Part shown: positions 25,371-38,000 of the stretch, piece after piece | How the letters are laid out: every line of letters starts with the position of its first letter | Numbering within the stretch: position 1 is the stretch's first letter | NCBI GenBank assembly: GCA_904063045.1 | Contig: CAJFCJ010000009.1 | Span: 2,294,968 to 2,358,967, forward strand | Direction: 5' to 3' | Source: Dimorphilus gyrociliatus | Lineage: Eukaryota; Animalia; Annelida | DNA length: 64,000 nucleotides | Notes under the pieces: generated by a model | Databases searched by the model: none | Seen by the model: only the letters and a program-made list of their open reading frames with translations | Told to the model about the DNA's origin: nothing | Position numbers and translations under genes: made by a program

Positions 25371-26633
25371 ATGGACAAACTTGTAAAAACCATAAAGGCT
25401 TCTGGTGTTAATACCAAGCAGGATGATGATCTTATAGATAGATTAAATTCGCGTTATACTGTTATTATAATTGTTGCTTTTGCGATGATTGTTACCAGTC
25501 AACAGTACTTTATAGGTAAACCTCTCAATTGTTGGGAACCAAAACATTTTACTGGAAGTCATCGGAAATTTATGAACGCAATATGCTGGGTGAATAACAC
25601 TTACTATTTACCAAAGGACATGCTTATCGATCATAGTAAGGAGAAAAAGACTATACCTTACTATCAGTGGATTCCGTTTATTTTACTGGGGCAAGCTTTT
25701 TTTTTTTATTTACCCTCACTCTTCTGGCATAGCTTGAACCAAAAGGCTGGAGTCGACTCAGACGATATACTTAGGGCTGCCAATAAGATTTCTTATTCTA
25801 AGAATCCAGGAGACAGACAAAAGATGGTGGACCATTTAACATCACAAATTGATCTCTTTTTGGTTAAAGGAAAAAGAAAACCGCCTCCTAATGATGGTAC
25901 TCTCCTTCTCAATAGGAGGCATCATATATCCACCTCTGATATTTCGTCGGTCAGCCAACAGAGCCGTAATCAACATCCTGGAACTTTCGACTGTCTTTTG
26001 AAGTTTGCTGGTAATATTTTCTCTGGACGATTTAGTGCATACCTCCTCACTGTCTTCCTCATTTCGAAGATCTTATACGTTGTTAATGTCTTTTCCCAAA
26101 TCCTAGCTCTAAATGGCGTATTAGGTATTAACTATGGCAACTTTGGTATTGGATTGTTAACTGAAGGAAGGAGAGCTCATTGGCGTCACTCCTTGTCTAA
26201 TGCTTTCCCCAAAGAGACCATGTGCGATTTTAGAATACGACGCGTCGGAAATGTTCAACAATATACCGTTCAATGTGTTTTGCCAATAAACATGTATAAT
26301 GAAGTAATTTATCTCTTCCTATGGTTTTGGTTTATGGCAGTTTCTATTCTTACTGTTCTGAATCTACTATTCTGGCTCGTGAGGTCCCTACTGAGATGCG
26401 ATAAAGTTAAATATGTACTGAATCATATAACTTTTAACGTTGACAAAAATGGTCGGATTTTCAATAGATTCCTCGATGATTACCTAGGTCAAGATGGAGT
26501 CTTTTTAATAAGATTGATCGGCCATAATTGTAATTTTATAACAACGAATGATATAACAACTGCTCTATGGAAAAAATATGAAGAAAGAAATATTAGCCCA
26601 GATCAAGAAGAATACGCTAGAAGTGAAGTTTAA
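25371..26633 (+). CDS. Innexin (invertebrate gap-junction protein), intronless CDS
   Basis: 'DDDLIDRLNSRYT', extracellular cysteines 'LNCW..AICW', signature 'YYQWIPFILLGQAFFFYLP', 'FPKETMCDF..QCVLPINMYNEVIYLFLWFW', 'FLDDYLGQDGVFLIRLI'. Confidence 0.97.
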   Translation: MDKLVKTIKASGVNTKQDDDLIDRLNSRYTVIIIVAFAMIVTSQQYFIGKPLNCWEPKHFTGSHRKFMNAICWVNNTYYLPKDMLIDHSKEKKTIPYYQWIPFILLGQAFFFYLPSLFWHSLNQKAGVDSDDILRAANKISYSKNPGDRQKMVDHLTSQIDLFLVKGKRKPPPNDGTLLLNRRHHISTSDISSVSQQSRNQHPGTFDCLLKFAGNIFSGRFSAYLLTVFLISKILYVVNVFSQILALNGVLGINYGNFGIGLLTEGRRAHWRHSLSNAFPKETMCDFRIRRVGNVQQYTVQCVLPINMYNEVIYLFLWFWFMAVSILTVLNLLFWLVRSLLRCDKVKYVLNHITFNVDKNGRIFNRFLDDYLGQDGVFLIRLIGHNCNFITTNDITTALWKKYEERNISPDQEEYARSEV

Positions 26634-27515
26634 CTTTATTCTAATTTTTTTTTTATGCCAATATGATATTATCGTATAATACTGATTTAAAGAGTGATTG
26701 TATGCTTATGTGAGTAATATATCTGTTATATTCTTATACATTTGGTATACGCCTAAAGTATCATGAATTTAAAAATCAAATAAAATGCTTCTTATAATAA
26801 ACTGTTGTCTATCTAATATTAATAAAATTTGCTATAAATTACTTTAAATTAGGATATGTTTTTACCAACCGCAAACCAATTTTAGAGTTTTTTTCCCTTT
26901 AATCTATCTATTAATAGATTCGTCTATTTATTAGTCCTGCATCAGGATGCATGTTGAATAACTGGTAAATTAACACCATCATTTTAGGCCTAAATATAAC
27001 AATACTGGATAATTGCTTTAAATTAAAAAAAAGGATGTTTTTCTTTATTTTAATTAAAATTTATCTTGTCAAATATAGAATATTTTTTTTTATAAAAAAA
27101 CAACATTATCCTTTTTATTTTCTTTGCAGTCCTTAGGTTAAAAGAACGTTCTTTATGAAGTATGTTATGCCAAGTTCTTCAGAATAACGAATGACAATAA
27201 GAACTAAAAGTAGAAAGCTTTACGAATGAAAAAAAAAGTACTTATACTACTTTCAACGACTTATTCTAAACAAAAAATTGTTATTATCACAATTCTTTTC
27301 TCATGTAAAAACGAAAAAAATAACATTATTTTCCCTAGAGAGTTGATAATAAAAGTTTCTTTATTACAATTTACATGTATGTAAACTGGTTAGGTGTTCC
27401 CGTTAAAAAAAAACTCTCCGAAAAATTGAACAGAGTCAAGCCAAGTTAATTTAAACCGGTAACTCTTAGCCTTGTGGCGAAACGTTCTTAAATTGTTTAT
27501 AAAAATTCGGCAAGC

Positions 27516-28888
27516 ATGTTTCTTAAAAATTGTGCGAATGTCGCGACACGACTAATGGGAATATCGAGAGGTGAGTAGAGTTTACCAAGCGAATTAATAT
27601 TTAAATAAGTGAGCATAAATTTCTGTCGAAATACTATAGGCATCACATTGTCTTGTAAGAACTTCGCTTGTGCTGAAACTCTTGAAATCTAATCTCTTTA
27701 AAATCTCTTAGTTGATTTTATTCAATTATATAGAGTATTTATACCTAATAGTGGCCTTAACAAACTTTTTGTCCCATGCTTCGTGCTGAACAGTAAGAAA
27801 ATCTAAATATACTCTTTGGAGGTCAATTAGGTATCAAATCAAATCTCATGAGGTCCAAGGAAGCCCTAAATTGGAATAATTGATTTAAAGTTTTGTAAAA
27901 ATTCTCAAGTGGCACGTTTATTGCAAAAAAAAATGGATAGTATTAATTTACTTGTCAAAATCAGACAAAAAAATTTCCTTTACATTTATTGTAATTTAGC
28001 GGAAATTAGATGAAAACTCCCTGTAGTTCTTGCTATATAAAAATAGATAATTCTTAAGAAATTCCTAATACAAATGAATTATTGCATTTAAAAAAAAGTC
28101 CACAAATATCAACAATAAACGAAAACGCAAATTATAGGTTTACTAATTATCTCTATTTCCCTTAATAAATAATATATCTCTTCTGTGACGACAGATTTAA
28201 TTATCTTTTGCACAAAATTAGGTGTTAGATGAATATTTGTACTGTTTTCAGTTCACTCTTCGGCCATAGTCCCTTCATCACTTCAAGTGAGAAAAAACAT
28301 ACAGACCGAGGTTGAAAATCAAATAAGCCAAGGAACAGCCGGACGTTTATTCGCCGTCGTCCATATTAAAGGATCCCAATATAAAGTAACCGAAGGGGAT
28401 ATTATAGTTCTCGGAAAATATCATCTCGAAGCTGATATTGGAGAGAAAATTCGTTTAAATAAGGTAAATTCTAATTAACTATTGTGTTTTCATTTTATAA
28501 GCAATCAGACTTAATTTCTACTATTGTCTTTTACAGATTTTACTAATTGGAAGCTCGGATTTTAGCCTTGTTGGTAGACCAGTCTTAAAGTGAGTGTTAT
28601 TCATTCTGACACTAAGAAGATCATATCTTTAATTAAATTCTACAATTAACAGAGAAAACATGGCCAAGGTTGAAGCAACAGTCATTGAGAAAACGCTAGG
28701 ACACGAAAAAATATTTTTTAATTATATACGCCGAAAAAGTCACAATAGAATGAGAAGTAATATTTTTTAAATTCTTAACTAACTCTTTCTTTTCTAATAT
28801 AAATTTTTATTTCATATTATTCTCAGTCCGACAAGAAGCCATGACTCATTTACGAATCAACTCGATAGAGCTAAATTCTCTAGAATAA
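27516..28888 (+). CDS. MRPL21: Mitochondrial ribosomal protein bL21m
   Basis: 'RLFAVVHIKGSQYKVTEGDII', 'LLIGSSDFSLVGRPVL', 'KVEATVIEKT', terminal 'LRINSIEL'; N-terminal transit-like exon. Confidence 0.93.
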
Positions 28889-29491
28889 CTCTTTAAATTT
28901 CCATTTAGTTAATTATATTTGTACAGTTGTACTATTTTTCTTCTTACACATAAATAAATAAGTTAATTTACGAGTTGACTATTATTTATAATTTCTTTTC
29001 ACCTTTTATACAGTTTGAGGTTTACATTTAGTATTATTCATAATCTGTTAATGTTAACTAATTATTCATCAATCATCGGAAAGTAATCAAATTTTTTAAA
29101 ATAAATGTAGAATATCTATCATTTCAACATATATTACATAACTTTTCTGAATATCCATAGGTGGGTAAGCTGATATTATAAAGGCAATAAATAAATTATT
29201 CAATTCAAATTTATTATAATCTGTTAGAGGAATTCTCATTTAAATTGTAAAAGAAGATGAAAATTGACAATTGTGAAGCCAAGGGATAAAAAAAAGCTTC
29301 TTATGGAATTAAAAAGAGGGTAAATAAAATTTGATGATTCACAAGTTATTTTTACTTCCGAAATCGATATTGTATGCCGGCTAATGAAGAGATTGTAGGA
29401 TTACGGCTGAAATTAAACTCCCTTCTCAAATATAGCTAATATATCAAATAAGAAGAGTCGAAAAAGGAAGTTGAAATTGATCAACCTAACA

Positions 29492-29496
<5 letters not shown>

Positions 29497-29523
<27 letters not shown>
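29497..29523. repeat. (TC)n microsatellite
   Basis: Visible dinucleotide run. Confidence 0.9.
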
Positions 29524-29527
<4 letters not shown>

Positions 29528-29993
29528 ATCATCTTTTTCGCAGCAAAAACAACATTTGAACTACTGAATGAAAAATAAATACGTAGAGAAGAGTGCACTA
29601 ATTTTTTCCACCCAAAAAAAGATAACTTATGATTACACCTAGAGGAAGAATAAATACCTTATGATTAAAAACGTCTATTATTAAAAGCTTTCAACGCTAT
29701 CGCCATCTGCGGGCTAATATTAGATTGTTAGAAATATACCTTCATTCATGCGTGTGCAATTTATACACAAACGTATATAAAGTGTTGTTTTGCATATTAT
29801 AATTGATTAATGGCAGTAGAGGACGACTAACAGTTAGGAAGATAAGCGACTAGAGATAATCGGAAAAAATGGTATTTATTTTACAAAGAAATGCCTACAG
29901 ACTAACTGCTAATCGATAACTCTCGTGACGCTTTAGGCGTGGTGATAAAAAGAAAAGACTCTGCTGCTAGACAAGGGTAAACAGGAAAATAAT

Positions 29994-31499
29994 ATGTCAT
30001 CTACTTCAAGTCAACAACACTCTAGATCATCTCTAAGTTCAATTTTCTCCAAGCAAAGTTCAATCACGACTGACGATGGTGCAGCTTTTGGAGCTTGGGC
30101 TCAACATAATTACTACGATTTACCAGAAGAGCCTATTAATTTTCCCATGTCAAATAGACCACCAAGAAAGGAATCATCATCATCAGTCTCTTCAAGCAGT
30201 CTGTCAAGCACTGAACAATTTGACAATGCTTATTCAAGAAGAAGGGAATGTTTTGAAGAGAAATCAAGTTTCGAATCAAGTTTATCGTCGACATCAAATT
30301 TTGCCATTCCAGCAGAGGATGTCCTGATGAATTTGGGTTTCGGGTCAACGCCTAATATTTTACCCGAAAGATTCGCGAAAGAATGGTATGAAAAGATGAT
30401 GAAAACCCGTATGAGGAAGTTAGAGGAAGCCAAAAGGCGAAGAGGTCAGTACGCTAACCAGAAACAAAAATCTTTGCCAGTTCACGAAGAAGAGGATGAA
30501 AAAAAGGAACTGGAAACTATTCCAAAAGTCTCGAAAATCGAGAAAATTTTAGAAGAAAAAGAAGTGGAAACCAAAGTTGATGATGGTAAAAAATTAGTAT
30601 CTCTTCCATCAATTGTTGTCAATGAGAAACCTACAATTGTTCAACAATCAAGTTCATCACTGGAGGTTGCCGAAATTTTTCGTTCAGACGACAAACAACC
30701 CCCGTCTAGACGTTTATCAATAAGAAGTAATGAAGACCGACTATGCCCTCCTTCTCCGTCCGCTTACGGTTTGTCACCAAATGCCTTGTCACCGGTTACA
30801 GTCATTGAAATGGACCAGTTGGACAATATAAATGACACAGAACAACCTGGGGAATTATCGGCCATAAGCGAAGAGGAATTAATTTATACAATAACAAGTC
30901 AAATCACTAATCAAAAAGAGAATATAGCAGAGAGACGATCTGCTTTTACCTCTACCAACTCTGCAGACCCAGAAGGCAAAATAGAAACAAATCTAATAAT
31001 GTTTACTCAGGATGTTGCAATCCAAGAGGATGATGGAAGAATTTCTCCAATTATAATGAGACCAACACCATATTTTGAGGAAGACGATCAATTCTGTATT
31101 GTTATGGACAAGTCTACACAAACAGTGATGCCTTCCAATGAATGTAAAGAGGTACAAACGAACAAGGTTCATAAATTATGTATAGGAACCCAAACGGCTC
31201 ATAACTGGCAAAATGGTGAGGACAATAGTGCTGAATTTGAGTCTTTCGTTATACTTTCATCAGTAGCAGTTCAAACGGAGGAAACTCTTACACGATACAA
31301 ATCCTCTAAGAGTTTAAGACAATTTAATCATACATTAGATAGATTAGCCGACAAAGCAAGATCCATAAATGAGCAAAAAATTGATGTTTCAGCAGTAAAA
31401 ACACAATGGTGGTTTGATCAACTATTGTCGCCGAGTATTGAAAGGAAAACGTTAAGTGAATACTTAACAAATGAAAAAGAAGATGTTGTATCCAGCTAA
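29994..31499 (+). CDS. ITPRID/SSFA2(KRAP)/TESPA1-like protein (IP3-receptor-interacting domain), largely disordered, intronless
   Basis: 'PAEDVLMNLGFGSTPNILPERF' resembles the KRAP IP3R-binding motif (DPEEILYNLGFG..KIPSRF). The rest is Ser/Glu-rich low complexity. Confidence 0.6.
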   Translation: MSSTSSQQHSRSSLSSIFSKQSSITTDDGAAFGAWAQHNYYDLPEEPINFPMSNRPPRKESSSSVSSSSLSSTEQFDNAYSRRRECFEEKSSFESSLSSTSNFAIPAEDVLMNLGFGSTPNILPERFAKEWYEKMMKTRMRKLEEAKRRRGQYANQKQKSLPVHEEEDEKKELETIPKVSKIEKILEEKEVETKVDDGKKLVSLPSIVVNEKPTIVQQSSSSLEVAEIFRSDDKQPPSRRLSIRSNEDRLCPPSPSAYGLSPNALSPVTVIEMDQLDNINDTEQPGELSAISEEELIYTITSQITNQKENIAERRSAFTSTNSADPEGKIETNLIMFTQDVAIQEDDGRISPIIMRPTPYFEEDDQFCIVMDKSTQTVMPSNECKEVQTNKVHKLCIGTQTAHNWQNGEDNSAEFESFVILSSVAVQTEETLTRYKSSKSLRQFNHTLDRLADKARSINEQKIDVSAVKTQWWFDQLLSPSIERKTLSEYLTNEKEDVVSS

Positions 31500-31779
31500 A
31501 AAATAATCGATATTCAGCCCTAAACAATTAAGGCCCTTTGTCTTTAAATTAAACTTAATTTCTTCTGTTTAGACATCAGGAATGTGGTAAAACCCTAATT
31601 ACGAACACTCAAGAATATTAGCATAAGCATAGTATTGTAATTATGTGACTTTGTTCCTTCGTTTACACTATTATTATAAATATTCTGGTCTTAAAAAGTT
31701 ATTTATCATCTTAAATATCAATAGCTTTAATTTATTTTAAAAAAAAAAACAGAATAAACTTTATTCCAGATTTTTATTA

Positions 31780-32254
31780 AAAACTAAAATGAAAACAAAC
31801 TGGAGATTATAATATAATAAGGTTTATTTTTTAGAATGACATGATTTGTTCCATTTATGGAATGGACTCGATGACACAGGCCTTTTTTAAACTTTAATTT
31901 CAAGCTATTTTGAGCATGTAGAAATGATTAATAACGATATTTGTAAGGTAATTAAATATCGATACAAATGAAAACTGTATTCTTAACATATTGGGTATTA
32001 ATTTTAAGCATAAAGGCCAGAATATCGCTTTACCAGCTCTCAAAAATTCGTGTTCATCTAAAAGCCTACACTTTTCTTTTAATAATTCTTTCATGCACCA
32101 GATGTCGTTAATGTTAGGAAATATGTAACCAATAAAAACTGGTAAAGATTTTGCCAAAACTTTATCAATCACATGACAGTGATAAGCTTGTTGTTCTTGT
32201 AAATATAATAAGTGGATGTTTAACGGTACGTATCAATTTCGAAGAATTGCCCAT
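31780..32254 (-). CDS. Hypothetical small spliced protein beginning MGNSSKLI (putative N-myristoylation)
   Basis: ATG at 32254, then a phase-1 intron (gtaccg..tacaag) that joins in frame to the 31900-32172 ORF (QQQAYHCHVIDKVLAKSLPVFIGYIFPNINDIWCMKELLKEKC..). The 3' end is uncertain. Confidence 0.5.
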
Positions 32255-32364
32255 TGATTATATACAAATCTAAGCATTGAGCTAAATATAGTTTTAAATG
32301 ATAAGTTAGCGAAATTCCTTTAAGAGTTTAATAATTTTCCTGTACTTCCTCCCACAGCTTGAAC

Positions 32365-33525
32365 ATGCCTATTTTGTACTCCGTAATTTCACGCGGATCA
32401 ACAATTCTTGCACAGTATGCTGGATACAGCGGAAATTTTACAGATGTTACTCAGCAAGTGTTAACAAGAATCTCACCTGACAGCGACAGGATGACCTATT
32501 CACACGGAGAGTAAGTGTGAGAAACATTCTAAATCTAATGCGAACTTAACTCAAGTATTCAATCATAGATATTTATTTCATTACGTATGCGACAAAGGTA
32601 TCGTGTATTTGTGCATAACAGATAACGTAAGTATCTTAGATTAATCAGATAATCTTTTATTCAAGTTGAAGTTTTGATCATTAAGATATTTAAAAGAAAG
32701 AATAATTCCTCTTCTGTTTTAAGATATTTTATAAAAGACATTGTACTCAAATAGTAATTTTTATTGATCAAAATACATCTTTGTTTTTATCTAGGCATTT
32801 GAGAGGTCAAAAGCTTTTAATTTCCTGCAATATATTAAAAAGAAATTCGAAGTACAATATGGTGACAGGGCAAAGACTGCATTACCATTTGCCATGAATA
32901 CAGATTTCTCTCAAACTTTAAAATCTCAAATGGTAAATATTTTATAAGATATTGAAGAAAATTGGTGAAAATTTTTATTCCTTTTTTCCTCTCTCTAGCG
33001 ACATGTTTCCGCCGGTGGTTCTCCTAGAAATGATTACAGTGAAAAATTGATTAAGGCTCGGAGTGAAGTGGACGAACTTAAGGGAAGTCTCGTTCGAAAC
33101 ATAGGTCAGTGTTTTTTTTTTAAAAGAAGCAAATAAATATGTCTGTATATTTTTAGATGATTTGGCTCAAAGAGGTGAAAAACTAGAATTACTCATCGAT
33201 AGAACAGAGGAATTAAACACAAGTGTAAGCTAATTTTTCTCCCTTTTTTGCAGATCTTACATATTAACCTAAACATCTATCTTTTTTAATTAGTCAATGA
33301 CGTTCAAAACAAAGAGCAGAAATCTTGCAAGATCGCTTTGGTGGAAGAATGTTAAGTTAACAATAATTATTGTCGTTATTTCAGTGGTAAATTACTTCAG
33401 TTGTAGTCTTTGACTTTACTTATTGTCTAAAAGTTTCTGTTTCTTTTTTCCAGGTAATTCTCTATATTATAGTATCGATAGCATGCGGAGGCTTAGGATG
33501 GCAAAAGTGTGTTAAAAAGAAGTAG
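32365..33525 (+). CDS. VAMP7: Vesicle-associated membrane protein 7 (longin R-SNARE)
   Basis: 'MPILYSVISRGSTILAQYA..GNF', 'ALPFAMNTDFSQTL', SNARE 'LAQRGEKLELLIDRTEEL', 'ARSLWWKNVKL', TM segment, and 'CGGLGWQKC'. Confidence 0.96.
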
Positions 33526-33765
33526 AATAGTACAACTGACTGCAAACTCAACTAAGCTGCAAAAAAAAAGAAACACTATTTGTTTATGTTTATTAAAAAA
33601 TGATAAATTATGTTTTTGACTATAGAGTATTATTTACAATAATTTTCACTTGACATACTCTAACATATCTTACAAGAGGTACATTTTAAAATGGTTATTT
33701 TAAACGATGTAGTTGTTGTCCATCAAATAGTTTGGTGTTATCAAATCATTTATGATAATCTTATT

Positions 33766-34206
33766 TTACTTGGTCCAACTCAATTTTGGCATGTCGAAAT
33801 GTTCTGTCATTCCATCTAGATGTTTATTAAATTTCTGAAAATAGTCAACGATTTAGAACAGTCTAGTCTTTGTTGCTTTGTAGATACTTACAATAATTTT
33901 TTCTTTATGAGTCAAAGCCGCTCGTTTCAAAATTTTTTCATCAGCCTAAAAATAGGATTTTGTAAGAATATTTAACAATAAGAGTTTAGTTTAAAAATGA
34001 ACCTTTTGCTTTTGAATTCTTTCATAAGCTAATTCAGCTTTAGTCTTAGTTTCTACATAGTCACTTTCCGTATAGTCCAACTCTTTGGTTCGTTTAATTT
34101 CTTCTTTTAGCTCTTTACTCTTTTTCTTCTTTTTTTTCTTTTTTATACCATGATCATTCTTTAGTTTAAGAGATCCTTTAGAAACGTTTTCATAATCATC
34201 CGACAT
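33766..34206 (-). CDS. FAM32A: FAM32A-like nuclear protein
   Basis: 'YENVSKGSLKLK', poly-Lys, 'KTKAELAYE', 'ILKRAALTHKEKI', C-terminal 'FNKHLDGMTEHFDMPKLSWTK*'. Confidence 0.94.
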
Positions 34207-35070
34207 GTTTATAAATACGACAATAGTGCCCTAAAATGGCTGCCGTTATTTTCGTTTATAAAAAAAATATTCATATAAAGCAAAATTTATATTATTTACT
34301 ATTTATTAAAAACCCTATTTTTTTCTTAAGTATAGTACAAAATTATTTATTGTGTATAATTTGTTTCATTATCACTCACATTTACTGCGGATTGATTGCT
34401 GAGCTTTACTTCCTGTTGGAAATATACGACGAAAAAGTTGTGAAAAGGTGAATAGTTTATTTGTTTCGTTATGTTATGTCATCTAAAGCTGATAAAGAAT
34501 ATAAATAATGATTAGCTAATTAATTAAGTACAACTTTTTATAAGGACAGCTAAGATATTGCAGTCTTTAGAATAGCGGAGTTTTATCGTCTTAGTCACAC
34601 CCTGACGGTTAATTAATGTACTTGTTTAGGGTGGTATTAATTAAAATGTATTGAATAAAATTTAAAAAATAATCATAAATAGAAAATAGGCTGCTGATGA
34701 TTATTTATTTATTATATAACTAGGTAATGATCAAAGTAAAATGAGCGCCTCAAAGAATTTATTCATGGCGTTAAAAGTATCTCAAGTACTATCTATATTG
34801 TTTAAAAGTATTAAAATAGCTGGATCAATATATAAGCATTAAGAAGATACTGAAAAAAAAACATAATTTATTATAGAAGGGCAACAAATATTGGACAAAA
34901 TAAAACAAAAGAAACTTATATTGAAAAGTGCAATATGTACCGTTATATGTTATCGCTTTAAACAGTCTACATAGATTGAATGGAGAAGAATCTTTTTCAA
35001 CTTTCAATTAACTCTACAGTAGCTTCTGTTAATAAAAATTTTTCAAACATATTTAAGAAAATACAGGAAA

Positions 35071-38000
35071 ATGAGAAGAATTAAAGAGTTCTTCTCAACC
35101 AAAGAGCCGAAAAAAAATTCAGGAAGTAATTCAATAGTTGAAATATCGTCTCCAACGGCAGTCACGCATAAACATCATGTAACATATGACGAAGGGACAA
35201 AAACCTTTTATAATCTACCAACCGAATGGCAAACGCTCGGTTTGAATCAAATTAGGTACGGAATAGTCTGTGATTTGGTCGCCGTTATTTATGATTTATT
35301 ATTTTTTGCAACGCTACATATCATCATTTTTTTGTTGATTTTATGTAACAAAAACATTTACCCACTACCTTAATGGATTCAAAGCTTTTAGAGTAAAAAT
35401 TTAGCGATTTTAATGTGGCATTTGGAACAATAGAAAGCTCACCTGATTGCCAATTAAAATTATTCAATCAGTTGACATTAATCTATTAGTTCATTTGCTT
35501 TTCTAATAGTAAAAGGCATGTAAGTGGTAATTAGAATTTTTGTTCACATTACATTCCATACTTTTATCTAATATTTTCCTGAATTGGAGCGTTTTGGATA
35601 CATCCACAAGAATGAGAAAAGAAACAAGGAAGTGAATACTCTTCCATAGCTGACTTTTCTTTAAATGTACCTCCCCCCTCCCTTTTAAATCCTGTTAACT
35701 TTCGGTAAAATGTTCCATCATACTTCTTAGTTGTTTTTACGCATGTTTTTATTTTTATTATTAGAATAAATACTACTTCCCTTGGTTTTATCTAAAGAGA
35801 GTTTTTCAGTCATTGTATTTGGTTACAATAATTTATTGTTTGCTGGTGATTTATGCTTAAACGATAATTTTTCGCTTTTGCTTTATATATTCACAGCCAT
35901 GGCATTATCATCATTATTTAAAAGTAGTAAAAAAGGGAAGCACTACATTACACCCACAAGTCCAACGTCTATCAAAGAAATAAGTGGTCCATCAAATTTT
36001 AAAAGACATATTCATGTGGCTTTTGACAAAGAGAAACAACAGTTTACGGGTCTACCTGATAATTGGGAGCAAATTCTGAAAGATCATAAAATTACGTATG
36101 TGCTTTAGCTTCATTATTGAATAGTTACTTTTTGTATCGATTTAATTTTTACTTTATATACATACTACATATATATTACATGTATTTAAAGGAGGGAATA
36201 ATTTGAAACTTTATTTCCTGCATGTTTTCAACTTTTACAGCAAGGAGGAACAAAATGAAAATCCTCAGGCAGTTATTGATGCCATTCACACTTTTGAAAG
36301 TAATCAACATAAACCTACTAAATTTATGAATGAAGAATGCCAGTCAAATGATAGTTCATTTGAAGGAGATATGTTAGTGATTATTTGCTTATATCTTAAT
36401 ATATCCTATATTCTTAAAATCTTCTTCAATATAGTGAAGGTGAGATTTCTGGTTTCGTCGCTAAAGCACCTGTAAGTCAACTTTTATTTATTGACTATAA
36501 AATTTATTGTTTAGGGTAATATAAATATAAATAGATTTCATACTTTTATATACTATATAACCTATATATGTAGAAATATGCAAGTATCTACTAATATATA
36601 TATATATATATATACTATACTTTTAAATAATTGGGCTATCGGTAAAATATTTGTATTAATTTTTGTCAAATGAATTAGGAACTTACCGAAATTACACATC
36701 CAATATCAACGATAAATCAGGTTAATTAAAATATATTTCTTTACAGGCTTAACCTAACAAGCTACTGCTGAGTACTAATAACGTCTAATATATTATTTTT
36801 AATTAACAATTCCTACATCTTCTTAAGCTTCATATGCTTAAATATTATTTTATATCCTTACGAACAGAATTCAAATAGAATAGAATGTAATCCTTAAAGT
36901 ATTCATTTTTCTAACTTTACCTCTTTTTTAAGCTCATTGAATAACATTTATATCAAACGAAATAGCTTAACCTTGTTTTACCGATCTGCGAGTTCTCTCT
37001 TTCTAAATATGTTAACACATATACAATAGAAGTTGAAATGATTGATTTCTTTTTTATTTATAACAAAAGCTTTTATAATGAAAATTTTTACATGTAAACA
37101 TTGTTTTAAATGTCTTATTAAATTGTTCTAAATAATTCTAATAGCCTGTAAAAGCGATTAACGAAAAGGTTGAGAAAATTAGCATAGAAGGTTACAAGAA
37201 AAATGAAGCTAATGATTTGACACGTCACAAATCGATAAAAAAGATCAAGAAGACTGATGAACAGATTATGCAGGAATTAGGTAAGTTAATTAAAAAGTTT
37301 GACAACTGTATAGTTTAACTTTTTGTTTTCTTTGCAGACGAACTGGTTAATAAAACTGTAGACCCGTTAACAAGATACGAAATAAAAAAGAAAGTAGGCT
37401 CAGGGTAAAGTATATCCTCTACGTTTTTAATTCTTTTTTTTCACTCTTCTTCCGTGTGAACTATTTAAAATTTAACAATAGGAACCTTTGAATTTATTCT
37501 AAGTAGATTTTCTTTTACAGATATAGTTAACATTTCAATGTATGTCTATTTTTAGTGCATCCGGAACTGTCTGTGAAGCTTTGGATAAAAAAAATAAGCA
37601 ATTGGTAGCAATAAAGAAAATGGACTTGAATAATCAACCTAAGAAAGAATTAATTATTACAGAAATTAGAGTGATGAAGGAATATCACCATGATGCTATT
37701 GTAAATTTTGTTGACTGCTTTCTAGTTGGCAAAGAATTATGGGTCGTTATGGAGTTTTTAGCTGGAGGAGCTTTAACCGATGTTGTTACTGAAACTATAT
37801 TAAGTGAACAACAAATTGCAAGTGTATGCAAGAAATGCCTTGAAGCCCTTGAATATTTACATTCATTATGCGTTATACATAGAGATATAAAATCTGATAA
37901 TGTTCTATTAGGAATGAATGGCGAGGTTAGTGATATAGCACAGTACAATGCCATTAAAATATTCATAAAATTACTTCTCTTTATCATTTACACAGGTAAA

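Noticed and set aside
30076-31527. Short alternative-frame and antisense ORFs within the ITPRID-like gene
   Set aside because: Shadows of a long low-complexity CDS.
35782-35898. N-terminal extension of the second PAK CRIB ORF from the ORF track
   Set aside because: It starts at TTG and reads intron-like sequence ending in an acceptor (tcacag); the real ATG is at 35899.
37685-37987. Antisense ORF over the PAK kinase exon (likewise 40684-41220, 51865-52167, 56776-57410)
   Set aside because: Antisense shadows of well-supported genes.
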